In this document: piece by piece, positions 1-11,985 of the stretch
Layout: every line of letters begins with the position of its first letter
Position numbering within the stretch: position 1 is the stretch's first letter
From: Octopus bimaculoides
Lineage: Eukaryota
DNA: 64,000 nucleotides
Direction of reading: 5' to 3'
Assembly (NCBI RefSeq): GCF_001194135.2
Contig: NC_068984.1
Location: 131,506,777 to 131,570,776, forward strand
Notes under the pieces: generated by a model
Databases searched by the model: none
Told to the model about the DNA's origin: nothing
Seen by the model: only the letters and a program-made list of their open reading frames with translations
Position numbers and translations under genes: made by a program

Positions 1-42
<42 letters not shown>

Positions 43-99
43 TGCATGTATGTATGTATGTATGTATATGTATATTTGCATGTGTTAGTTGTATCTTTC

Positions 100-262
100 T
101 CTTGACATCATGTGAAGGTTTCTAGTCTCTCATTGAAAAACACATCAAGAAAACAAGTGTGAATTGATGACAGGAAAAGCATCTGACTATAAGAAATCTG
201 CTTCGACACATTCTGTGTGTGATCCATGCAAGCATGGAAAATTGGAAGTTAAACAACAATGA
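100..262 (+). mobile_element. Decayed 3' tail of SINE/RTE-type retroelement (tail variant 2)
   Basis: Ends in CCATGCAAGCATGGAAAA..GTTAAAC..ATGAT, like the copies at 27260-27470 and 47100-47320. Confidence 0.55.
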
Positions 263-735
263 TAACAATTCTTAAAGCCCAACAAAAATGTAAGGTAAGT
301 CATATCACAGCAGACATCTCACACTCCTATAAACATGCTAAAAAAATTCCAGAGAAGCTTATTAATGTCACTATAATAATTTACTGCCACCATCACCACT
401 GCTACCACCCCTGCCTTGCCAAATCACACCACAGATTCAGACCGCAACACTCAACTACAATACTGCTCACAAAATCAACAATAGAAAGTACATGATGGCT
501 TCAACAATAAAAAACCTCCCACATACATAGTACTATTACTAGCTTTGACATCACCAAAGCTTTTGTTTTTATTTCCTACAATACACTTACACACCAAAAA
601 AAAAAAAAGCAATATCCTATTAATGAAATAGCACAAAATGCTGGTGAGCAAACTGTCTGTCAGATTGCCAGGCCTAGGTAGGGTATGAGAACAACGCTTC
701 TGGAACTAGCAATTCTTTTAATGAAGTACCACAGG

Positions 736-1230
736 CAGGGCCGGATTAAGACCCATCCAGGCCCTAAGCACCTAAAAGGTCTCGGTGCCCCATAAAAGAT
801 TATGTAATTTAAAATATAAGTAATAACAAACCATAAAATAAATTTTTATTTTTCAAAACAAAACAAAACAGTTAGAGGGAAAATAATGTTTATTTTTTTT
901 TTTTTACTTCCTTCTTTTTTCTTTTATTTCTTTTACTTGTTTCAGTCACTTGACTGTGGCCATGCTGGAGCACCGCTTCTTTATTTATATTTGAAAAGTT
1001 TCCTCCTACTTTCTTGAATTGCAAAGTCTTTGATCAGATCCTCAAAATTAATCTTAGGTAACGCATCTGCATCCATACTTAGTAGAGATAAAGGCATCCC
1101 TGATATTATTTTAGCGAGCTTAAAGTGATTTCTTTTGTGCCGTAAACTATTTACCATTTCTTTGGTGCCCTCTCCTTCTCTTGATGCCCTAAGCACGTGC
1201 TTATTTTACTTAATGGTTAATCCAGCTCTG
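736..1230 (-). mobile_element. Non-autonomous hAT element with transposase C-terminal remnant
   Basis: TIRs CAGGGCCGGATTAA (736) and TTAATCCAGCTCTG (ends 1230). Perfect 8-bp TSD ACCACAGG at 728-735 and 1231-1238. Minus-strand translation LSLLSMDADALPKINFEDLIKDFAIQESRRKLF resembles the hAT dimerisation-domain end. A short SINE tail remnant lies inside at ~925-980. Confidence 0.85.
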
Positions 1231-1520
1231 ACCACAGGGATCCATCCTATCACTCCTACTTTTCAGCCTATATCTTCATCACTACATCCCCACACTTCAC
1301 ATAGCAGATACAAACAGCTTCATAAACAGATGAAACTAGCACTCAAATACACCTTCTATTCTCCAAACGTTGTTATACAACTTCTCCAATGCTACCTAAG
1401 CCACCAAGAAACCTAGTTCCCTTCTCATTTCTCTTCATACCACATATCTCTTCAACACCACAGAACATCAAATACAAACAACAACATGAAAGGACACCTT
1501 ACACACACACACACACACAC

Positions 1521-1740
1521 ATCATCATCATCGTTTAACGTCCGCTTTCCATGCTAGCATGGGTTGGACGATTTGACTGAGGACTGGTGAAACCAGATGG
1601 CTACACCAGGCTCCAATCTGATCTGGCAGTGTTTCTACAACTGGATGCCCTTCCTAACGCCAACCATTCTGAGAGTGTAGTGGGTGCTTTTACGTGCCAC
1701 TGGCACGAAGGCCAGTCCAGCGGCACTGGCAACGATCAAG
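1521..1740 (-). mobile_element. RTE LINE 3' UTR fragment
   Basis: (CAT)n then GTTTAACGTCCGCTTTCCATGCTAGCATGGGTTGGACG. Matches the UTR that follows RTE coding sequence at 54180-54842. Confidence 0.75.
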
Positions 1741-1917
1741 AATACACAGAATATATAAACACTAGGAGTTTCATTCAAAGCATATATAGAAAACACAAAG
1801 GAAACCAAGAGAAATCACAAACAGAACAAAATGATAACGGCAGTGTACAAACAATATGATAGGGCAATACAGTTCTGCCTGGCCCTATTAATATCTTCAT
1901 GACAAATATATTTATAT

Positions 1918-2063
1918 TTGGTGTGGTTGTGTGGTAAGAAGTTTGCTTTCTGACCACATGGTCCTGGGTTCAGTCCCACTGCATGGCACCTTGGGCAAGT
2001 ATCTTCTACTATAGCCTCGGGCCAACCAAAGCCTTGTGAGTGGATTTGGTAGATGGAAACTGG

Positions 2064-2098
<35 letters not shown>

Positions 2099-2320
2099 TT
2101 TGTGTCTGTGTTTGTTCCCTTACCATCACTTGACAACTGATGTTGGTGTGTTTACATCCCCCATAAAATTAGCAGTTTGGCAAAAAAAAAAAAAACCAAC
2201 AGAATAGTCCTACAAAGAATAAGTCCTAAGGTCGATTTTTTTGACTAAAACCCTTTAAGGCGGTGCTCCAGCATGGCCGCAGTCAAATGACTGAAACAAG
2301 TGAAAGAATAAAGGAAAGAA
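1918..2320 (+). mobile_element. tRNA-derived CORE-type SINE (OR2-like), tail variant 1
   Basis: Box A TGGTTGTGTGG, box B GGTTCAGTCCC, CORE-like GGCACCTTGGGCAAGT..TAGCCTC, internal (GT)n, tail GGCGGTGCTCCAGCATGGCCGCAGTCAAATGACTGAAACAAG. More than 15 related copies occur in the window. Confidence 0.8.
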
Positions 2321-2976
2321 TATATAAAGCAGTGCAGTCCTCTTCATCAAAAGAAGTAAACTGACTACAACCACAGGCCCCACAGGCCCCATCCACTGAA
2401 TGTGGTGCCCTGTCAATGCCTTCTCCAAAACAATGAAAACCAGGAATAATAGGGTATTTTGCTTTTTCTCTTTTTTCTTTCTCTCTTCATTTTTTTTTCT
2501 TTTTTTTGTTTATTTTTTTTCAGTTGCGTTCTCTGTTGTATCCAATTTTCTAATTGAATTTTGTGAAAAGGTAAACACTGTGAAGGCAATAAAAGTCTAA
2601 TGAATCGACCCCAGTACTTTAAAAAAATAAAATCCCTTAAGTACCTTAAGAGTTTGATAAAAAAATAGTTTATTCTTAGCCAAATATTTATCCTGCAATT
2701 GCTTCACAAGGAACTGAATGCAGCACTCTGTCTAAAATGCCTTTTCCAAATCAACAAAAGCAGGAATAATAGTTTGTTCTGAGCCAAGATTTTCCCTCCA
2801 GTGGCTTCACTAGATGAAACTAAACTGCATATCATCTGGGTTTGTCTTGGATAAAAATTTGGTTATTTTCAATTTTTATAAAACTGCTTACATTTCTCTC
2901 TCCATGGCTTTTCATAACATGGTCCAGTAGTCCCTATGGTTGCTTCTCTTTAAATGCATTTTCTTTGCCTTTACAG

Positions 2977-3036
2977 AAGTTTATGATGATATTGCTAAAC
3001 TAGTCATTGGCTATGACACCTTCCTGTATAACTTGA
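2977..3036 (+). CDS. Candidate 60-nt internal exon (xVYDDIAKLVIGYDTFLYNL), host gene unknown
   Basis: Acceptor ttttctttgcctttacag, donor GA|gtaact, open phase 1-1 frame, non-repetitive sequence. No homology recognised. Confidence 0.3.
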
Positions 3037-3094
3037 GTAACTATTTGGGTGATAATCATCATGTATCCTATTGATGACTTTGGGCTAAACAACA

Positions 3095-3185
<91 letters not shown>

Positions 3186-3214
3186 TTACTACTACTATTA
3201 CCACTACTACCACC
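3095..3214. repeat. (TAC)n microsatellite
   Basis: Direct reading; it produces the poly-Y and poly-S pseudo-ORFs. Confidence 0.95.
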
Positions 3215-3905
3215 ACATCCACCTTGACTGCGGCCATGCTGGAGCACCACCTTTAGTCGAACAAATCGACCCCAGAATTTATTCTCTGTAAGCCTAGTAC
3301 TTATTCTATCAGTCACTTTTGCTGAACCGTTAAGTTACGGGGGACATAAACACACCAGCATCGGTTGTCAAGTGATGGAGGGAGGACAAACACNNNNNNN
3401 NNNNNNNNNNNNNNNNNNNNNNNNNNNNNNNNNNNNNNNNNNNNNNNNNNNNNNNNNNNNNNNNNNNNNNNNNNNNNNNNNNNNNNNNNNNNNNNNNNNN
3501 NNNNNNNNNNNNNNNNNNNGACAAACACAGACACATACAGATATATATATATACATACATATATATATATATGGGAGAATTTACGAAAAAAACAACAACA
3601 GATGAGGACAGGTGGTGTAAACAACAAAAGGATGTATTAGTTTAACGCTCGGGAATACAGAAAGTCTTTAACGTTTCGAGCTACACTCGTCAGCAGAAAG
3701 AATACGGAGAAAACAAGGAGAAAAACACGGAGAAAAAAAATTGAATGTTTTGCGACAGGCTTCTTTCAGTTTCCGTCTACCAAATCCACACACAAGGCTT
3801 TGGTTGGCCCAAGGCTATAGTAGAAGACACTTGCCCAAGGTGCCATGCAGTGGGACTGAACCTGGAACTATGTGGTTAGTAAGCAAGTTACTTACCACAC
3901 ACCCA
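3215..3905 (-). mobile_element. CORE-type SINE interrupted by an N gap and a Penelope-like insert
   Basis: Tail at 3215-3393 and head at 3750-3905 match the 57412-57810 copy. Foreign sequence sits in the internal (TA)n tract. Confidence 0.8.
3573..3740 (-). mobile_element. Penelope-like terminal fragment with minimal hammerhead-like motif
   Basis: Reverse complement matches 42620-42780. Minus-strand motif TCTTT-CTGCTGA-C-GAGTGTAGCTC-GAAACGTT-AAAGA at 3701-3665. Confidence 0.6.
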
Positions 3906-4326
3906 AATGCAGTCCTTTGTTTCTTGCATATAAGAAAAAAAGAAACAGATAGGATGGTCACAGATGGATTGCCTTATTGCCTCTTATCATAGATCTGCTA
4001 AATCAGAATTGAGCTGTAGCGAAACAACAACAACAACAACATTAACAACTACCAACAGTACAATGCTTTGCTTCACATCTCCATTCCACACTACCTCCCC
4101 CTCCACTATTGCAACTACCATCACCACTTCCAGTATCATTCTCAACTCAGCCCACCACCACCACCGCCACCAACATCCCTTCCACTATCAACATCATCAT
4201 CATCATCATCATACCTTTTCCCTCCACCACCACCACCACCATCACTTCAATCACCAATACTACCACTCCTTGCAAGAGGAAGCAATAAAAGTACTATAGC
4301 ATGGGTGGGGACCAACCACACTAATG

Positions 4327-4376
<50 letters not shown>

Positions 4377-4555
4377 CGTGCCTGCATNNNNNNNNNNNNN
4401 NNNNNNNNNNNNNNNNNNNNNNNNNNNNNNNNNNNNNNNNNNNNNNNNNNNNNNNNNNNNNNNNNNNNNNNNNNNNNNNNNNNNNNNNNNNNNNNNNNNN
4501 NNNNNNNNNNNNNNNNNNNNNNNNNNNNNNNNNNNNNNNNNNNNNNNNNNNNNNN

Positions 4556-4587
<32 letters not shown>

Positions 4588-6128
4588 AGGAGGAAAAGCA
4601 GCAGCAAGAGTAAGTATGAGCAGCAAATCTTTTTCATCTCTCTCTCTCTCTTTCTTTTTCTCTCCCCCTCTCTCTTTCTTTCACACACACTCTCTCTCTC
4701 CACCGCCACTGCCACCACTACTGGGCCACCCGGAGGTCAGAGGTGAGAGGTGAGCAATGGATAACTTGTCAGCTGCTTGATATATTTTGGTATGTGGCCT
4801 GGTTTCAAAAGGGTTATTTAGCTGTTTCCTCTTGCTTTTCTTTCTTTTATATATATATATATCTTGTTTTGTTTTTTTTTAGTTTCTTGTGCTTTACCTC
4901 TAATGCTTAGGGTGCATAGAAGAGTGACTTTGGGGGTGTGTGGGTGGATCGGGGTGGTTAAGGTAAGGGTTAGGGGGGTTTGAATAGCTGCTTGGTGGAA
5001 GATTGCAGAGGGCTGTGAACACATACACACACACACAAGCATACGCACACGCACACACACGCACGCACACACACACACACATACATATATATACACACCC
5101 ATGAATATGTAAACTAACACACTCAGATACACAGGATACACAAAAAAAACATGCATACATACACACAACACACATACACACAGACAAACATACATGCAGG
5201 CACACACACACACACACAAACACACACAAATAAATACAAACAATATTTACCAACAACTCAACTATCCACATCAACACACACACACACACACACACACACA
5301 AATAAACATGCAAACACACATACACGCAAATGCAAACAAAAGCAACACACACACATACAGCAGATACCAACATAACTATACACTTACGTCTCACACACAC
5401 ACACATACACATGCACACACACAAACACTCTTATGTGTGTCTTGATGGAGAAAGTTCAGAACAAAGGTGATGATGCTGATGTTTTTGTGAACTGAAATAA
5501 GTTCTGCAAATAAATAGGGTCCTTTATATTCAAACACAAATCTGCATGTATATGATGAAGACAAGCAGGCCGAAACTTTGAAGTCACTGTCAGCTCTCTT
5601 CTTGTAAAAGTTTAATAAACATGTGTAGTTGCGTGGTAAGAAGCTTGTTTCCCAAATTGAGTTCCTTTTGGGCCTCATAGAGGCAAAGTGGCTGAGTTCC
5701 TCTCAAGGGTTGGGCCTGGTGGAGGTAAAGTGGCCGAGTTACATGTACACATTTATTTGATTTTGTCACTTGAAGGGTTTTAGTTGAACAAATCAACCCC
5801 ACAAGTTTATTTTTTAAGCCTGGTGCTGACACTGATTCTATTGGTTTTATTTGCTACACTGCTAAGTTACAGGAATGTAAACAAACCAACACCAGTTGTC
5901 AGGCAGTGAGTGGGGGATAAACACAAAGATACACACACACATGTAGTTTCCATCTACCAGATTCACTCACAAGCATTAGTTGACCTGGGGCTATAGAAAA
6001 AGTCACTTGCCCAAAGTACCATGCAGTAGGGCTGAACCCAAAGCTACATAGTTGCAAAGCTAGCTTCTTAACCACACACCCAATATATAGAGGGATAGGC
6101 AGAGAGACAGATGTGTACATATAGATGA

Positions 6129-6172
<44 letters not shown>

Positions 6173-6512
6173 ATGCGTGTTTACATGTATGCATGACATT
6201 AAGTTTAAAGTACTTTATTTATAAGCATTCACTTGTTTTTCTATTAGACTGGACTTTGGTTATTGACACTCAATATGATGTTACTGGGTCACACACATAC
6301 ACACAAGGATTCTCACACACACACGCACGCACACACACACACACACACACACTCACACAGACATGCATAGTCACATATGAAATATCATAATAGCAAAAGT
6401 GACTGTTGATGTTTAACCCAAAGTCAGCATTGATCCTGCAGACTATAGTGACACAAGGTATTCCTTTCATGACTATCCTGTCTTTATGCCTAGACATAGT
6501 GTGTAACACTAT

Positions 6513-6851
6513 GGAGGCACAATGGCTCAGTGGTTAGGGCAGCGGACTCGCGGTCATAGGATCGCGGTTTCGATTCCCAGACGGGGCGTTGTGAGTGTTT
6601 ATTGAGCGAAAACACCTAAAGTTCCACGAGGCTCTCTCACTCTTACTTCCTGTTTCTGTTGTGCCTGTAATTCAAAGGGTCAGCCTTGTCACACTGTGTC
6701 ACGCTGAATATCCCCAAGAACTACATTAAGGGTACACAAGTCTGTGGAGTGCTCAACCACTTGCACGTTAATTTCACGAGCAGGCTGTTCCATTGATCGG
6801 ATCAACTGGAACCCTCGACATCGTAAGCGACGGAGTGCCAACAACAACAGC
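6513..6851 (+). mobile_element. tRNA-headed SINE with (CAA)n tail, internally deleted copy
   Basis: Box A TGGCTCAGTGG, box B GGTTTCGATTCC. 15-bp TSD AGTGTGTAACACTAT at 6498-6512 and 6852-6866. Homologous to 25793-26181 and 31784-32161. Confidence 0.85.
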
Positions 6852-7564
6852 AGTGTGTAACACTATATTAACTAGTATGTCCTTTTTCCTGAGATTGTAG
6901 ATCATAAGTAGAGGGAGATTTGTTTTCTATTCTTAGCAAGGTGAACAACTAATTATGAAGAGAGTTGCCATTGGCCCCAAGGATCCATAAAGTAAATATA
7001 GTTCAACATTTGTAAGTAAATGTGTGATGAAATTTTCACCAATGAAATGGCAGAACGCATTCCCTTTGGAATGTCTTCTTAGTTGGTAGGGGCAGATTCG
7101 CTTCAAAGGATAATAACTTACTAGACTGCTATCCAGGTAATACCGTCCATAGATGAAGGTACACCACAATGGACATTGTATGTCAATGCCTGATTTCAGC
7201 CATATCACATGGAACCTTACGGCAAAGATTCATCCCCTATGCATCCGAGGAGACCATCGTTTATATCCTCCCAGTTCTGGCCATGTGCTATTAACAATGT
7301 CTGGCTAGGGAGATAGCTCCCTATTTTTAAAAAAACACATAGTGCATATCAGAATATCACACCCTCTATTGCTAACAATTAGTTTAATGAAATGTGACCT
7401 GAACTTACGTTACTTGGACATGCTGGAATGGGATGACTGTGCACGGCTGTTTGGACACTGGTGATTTGGCATGGTTGATTGGACATAGGAAATGTTTTGG
7501 TGACTGTACCTTTTGCCGCTGAAGGGGAACACACATGTATGCACAGAAACATTCATATATAGGT

Positions 7565-7602
<38 letters not shown>

Positions 7603-7685
7603 AAATTTATTAATTAAAAATAAGTGACATAAATACTTTCCCTTTCTTTGTATGTATAAAGAGAAATATATCCATACACATAAAC

Positions 7686-7727
<42 letters not shown>

Positions 7728-8149
7728 AGAGAGACAGACAGACAAACAGATAAACAGACAGACAGATAGACAGACAGACAGACAGACAGACGGATAGATA
7801 GATAGAGAAAGGAAGAGAGTTTGAGAGTGAGGAAGGTAAGGAGAGAATGAGAAAAACATTAAAAATGTCTGATGTCAAATAAGCCGGCATTGAATCAGTG
7901 ATGCCAAAACACCTGTGCCAAAATGTCTCTTCCTCAAGCAAGATATGGGTGTTAGAAGTAGGGGGGGGTCAGAATGCAAGGTACAGTGTGTAGGAAAAGA
8001 GATGATGGGAAGATGAGACAATATAAGACAGATATAAACCGAGTGGGGGATTTAGTATGCACTGGCCAAATGCTTTCATCTCAATTACAAGTAGCATGGT
8101 ATTATGAGTAGAAGAGACAATGAAGAGGTAATATATAGGTACAGTAAGG

Positions 8150-8630
8150 CTGCAAGCTGGCAGAATCATTAGCACACCGGACAAAATGCTTAGCGGTATT
8201 TCGTCTGCTGCTATGTTCTGAGTTCAAATTTCGCCGAGGTCGACATTGCCTTTTATTCTTTTGGGGTTGATGAAATTAGTACCAGTTATGCACTGGCGTC
8301 GAGGTAATTGACTAACTCCCTTCCCCACCAAAATTTCCAAGGCCTTGTGCCTAGAGTAGAAATAATTATGAGTAGAAGAGACAATGAGGAGGTAGTATAC
8401 AGGGTACAGCAAGGCTGCAGGCTGGCAGAACCACGGGCACACCAGGCAAGATGTTTAGCAACATTTCATCTGTCTTTACATTGTTCTGAGTTCAAATTCA
8501 ACCAAGGTCAACTTTGCCTTTCATCCATTTGGGAGTCAATAAAATAAGTACCAGTTGAACACTGGAGTCAATGTAATCGACTTACTCCTTCCCTTAAAAT
8601 TGCAGGCCCTGTGCCAAAATTTGAAACCAA
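8150..8630 (+). mobile_element. Two tandem Nin/Deu-domain-type SINEs
   Basis: Each copy has GGCAGAATC.TTAGCAC, box B GAGTTCAAAT and TTGCCTTTCATCC..GGGGTCGATAAAATAAGTACCAG, which resembles the Nin/Deu central domain. Confidence 0.75.
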
Positions 8631-8754
8631 TACATAGGTACAATGGAGAGAAGAAGAAATAGTAGAGAAAGTGTAAAAGTATAAAATAGGCTGTAGGCAG
8701 TGATTGGTGGGGGTATGTACATTACCTCCTTTTAACAAAATATTTTCACAACCC

Positions 8755-9015
8755 AGTGCACAAGGTCGGGTCTCCTGCAGTATTGCTTATCAGTTACCGC
8801 AGCCCTCGGTTACTGTCTTTATCAGGTGTAGTACCTTCACATAATTTTTTTTTCACTGCCTTGTCCTAAGTCCTCCTTGGGCTCCCCTCTTCTACAGGCA
8901 CCATTTTACTCTGAGGGATCGGCACTTACTTATGAGCTGTGATTATCCGTTTGCATCATATGACTGCCTGTACCAGTGCCATCTGATCTCTTGCACATTG
9001 CGTCTAATTCTTCAA
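8755..9015 (-). mobile_element. Decayed RTE LINE ORF C-terminus
   Basis: Minus-strand translation KMVPVEEGSPRRT*DKAVKK..LHLIKTVTEG..ILQETRP aligns by eye with the RTE end at 54180-54360. Confidence 0.55.
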
Positions 9016-9039
9016 TATCTGGAAATGAAGAAATGACAG

Positions 9040-9410
9040 AAGGAATGAATGAATGACTGAATGAATGAATAAATGATGATGATGATGATGATGATGATGA
9101 CGACGACGACGATGACCACAATGATGATGATGATGATGACGATGATGATGATGACGATGATGATGATGATGACGATGATGATGATGATGATGATGATGAT
9201 GACGATGATGATGATGACGATGGCGATGATGATGATGATGATAATGGTGATGGTGATTGATAATGATGGCAATGGTGATGCTGAGGTTGACAATAATAAT
9301 AATAATGATGATGATAAAATTATGACAGCAAGGATGATGATGATGATGATGATGATGACGATGATGAGGTTGACAATAATAATAATGATGATAATAAAAT
9401 TATGACAGCA

Positions 9411-9447
<37 letters not shown>

Positions 9448-9780
9448 CGATGACAATGGCAGTGATGATGTAAATGACTTTGACAATGGCAAAGATAACA
9501 GTGGTAAAGATGAGGTTCATCAGGATAATTATAGCGACGGTAGTGATGACAACATTGACAACGACGATGACAACGAAGATGATGATGATGATGATGAAAA
9601 CGACAATAATGGTGGTGGTGGTAGTATTGATGATCCTGATGCGGATCGTTATGATGGTGATGTTCATGCTAATCATGACAGTGGTAGTAGTAGTGGTGGT
9701 GGTGGTGGTGGTGGTGGTGGTGGTGGAGATGATGCTAATGATGTTGATCATAAAACGACTGATGCTGCTGCCAACACTGA
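9040..9780. repeat. Compound trinucleotide array (GAT/GAC/GGT/AAT) with an internal ~80-bp duplication
   Basis: Direct reading. GAGGTTGACAATAATAAT..AAAATTATGACAGCAAGGATG occurs at ~9282 and ~9365. Confidence 0.9.
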
Positions 9781-9881
9781 ATATGATTTGCAAGCTCCAT
9801 GTCTTTCATACAGCTTTGATGCAAATCTTCCCATTAATCTTAGTCCATGGTTTTAGTATTACAAGTAAAGTAAAATAGCTT

Positions 9882-9931
<50 letters not shown>

Positions 9932-10334
9932 NNNNNNNNNNTATCCCTCTCAGTCTCTCTCTCTCTTTCTCTTTGTCTCTTGTTGTTTCTCTCTCTTTAC
10001 CTCTACTTATCCTCCCTCCCTCTTTCTAATTTGTGTTTCTTTTAAAGCCTCGCATTAACTTGAATGATAGGTTCATTGTGAAGAACGTATCTGGTGTATC
10101 TACTTTGTTGATCTCTATCTTCCATTGCAGCAGCTTTCATCCCTACAATTTATATATTAATCTATAAATCTATCTATGCATCCATGCATATCTCACATCT
10201 ATATCCACATATCCCATCCATCCATCCATCTATCCATACATACATACTTATACCCACACACATAAATATACTCACAGATAGATATACACACACACAAATA
10301 CACATGTGCGCACACACATACACACACACATACA

Positions 10335-10372
<38 letters not shown>

Positions 10373-11985
10373 CAAGCATATGAATGCACATTCTTGTTTG
10401 TAAAATACCAAAATACATTTGACACTGCCAAAGTTTGTTTATAAAATGTTGTCGCATTCTAAAAGCTATTATTTAGCATTAAAATTGCCAGTAATTGTTG
10501 TCAGTGGGCCATTGAGCCTAATGGCAGAGTATTCAGCCAGTATCTGAGGGGTACAAGTTCAAGTTCCATAGCCATCTGCAGGCAACATTTTCCCATCTTA
10601 TGAGGGTAAAATACCCAATCTTTCTGTTGCTTTCACAGGTATACTGCATTTGAAATTTACTTTCTTGCCTGTAATATATATTTATTTATTTATTTATTTA
10701 TTTATTTATGTGTTTCAGCCAAGTGGCTGCGGTCATGCTGGTGCATTCAATAATAGGATGAATTTTTTTATAAGAATTTATCAAGTAGCTNNNNNNNNNN
10801 NNNNNNNNNNNNNNNNNNNNNNNNNNNNNNNNNNNNNNNNNNNNNNNNNNNNNNNNNNNNNNNNNNNNNNNNNNNNNNNNNNNNNNNNNNNNNNNNNNNN
10901 NNNNNNNNNNNNNNNNNNNNNNNNNNNNNNNNNNNNNNNNNNNNNNNNNNNNNNNNNNNNNNNNNNNNNNNNNNNNNNNNNNNNNNNNNNNNNNNNNNNN
11001 NNNNNNNNNNNNNNNNNNNNNNNNNNNNNNNNNNNNNNNNNNNNNNNNNNNNNNNNNNNNNNNNNNNNNNNNNNNNNNNNNNNNNNNNNNNNNNNNNNNN
11101 NNNNNNNNNNNNNNNNNNNNNNNNNNNNNNNNNNNNNNNNNNNNNNNNNNNNNNNNATGTATATATATATATGTATATATATATATCATCATCATCATCA
11201 TTTAACGACCATGTTCAATGCTGCCATTGGTTGGATAGTTTGATAGAATCTGATGGGCCCAAGGACAGTGTTATGCTCCAGTGTTTCCAGTGTCTGCTTA
11301 GGCATGGTTTCTAGAAGTAGATGCTCTTTCTAATGTCAACCACTTAACAGCATGTAACGGGTGCATTTTTCCATGCCACCAGCACTAGCAAGACCACCAT
11401 GCAGTGTGCAAGACTATGGTCCCCAAAGAGGAAACTTTATGCAAGCAGATGAGAAGTAAAGTAAGAATAAAACTACAAAAGAAGGGGACAGAGCAGAACA
11501 GATTTCTTGTAGAGGAGCTATGTGACTGTGAGTGACTGAGTAGGGCCAGAAAGCAATAAAATATAGTGGTGGGAGATGTCAAGGTATGAGATGGGTAGAA
11601 ATGAGGAAGACAGAGCGACCAAGAGTGAGGTGGAGAGTAGGAGATGGCTGACAATGCAGAACAGTAGGATGGTAATGATGAAACAGTAGACAGGAGAGTG
11701 ACAAAAGAGAGGTGATATTGGGTAGCTTGCCATAATGAGTAGGGAAGAGAGGCAGGCATAGTGCATGAAGAGAGAATGTATGGTGGCAGGAGAGGAGATG
11801 ATTTAGTGGCTCAGTGAGTTGGTGTGATCAATAAAAGTGTGGGTGGAGAGAACAGTATTAATAGTAGATAACAAGTGAAATGGTTCAGGGTAGGAAGAAA
11901 AGTAAATGATTATCAAGGAAGAGCTGCAGTTAGGGAAGTGATGAGTGGTGGAGGTGTCTTGAGGAGAGAAGAAATTATGCATATA

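Noticed and set aside
3049-3316. Poly-Y and poly-S ORFs
   Set aside because: They are translations of the (TAC)n microsatellite plus a SINE tail.
5391-5678. 95-aa minus-strand ORF and a TGATGAAG..CCGAAAC hammerhead-like motif near 5550-5578
   Set aside because: The ORF starts in SINE sequence and ends in (CA)n with no recognisable motif. The hammerhead-like motif lacks C3 and has no convincing stem I or II.
6513-6590. tRNA gene
   Set aside because: It has A and B boxes but no closing acceptor stem, and it continues into a SINE body with a TSD. The same holds for the other SINE heads.
9012-9878. Poly-M, poly-I, poly-T and poly-D ORFs
   Set aside because: They come from a compound trinucleotide array. 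The Asp frame is interrupted by stops and shifts, and there are no splice signals.
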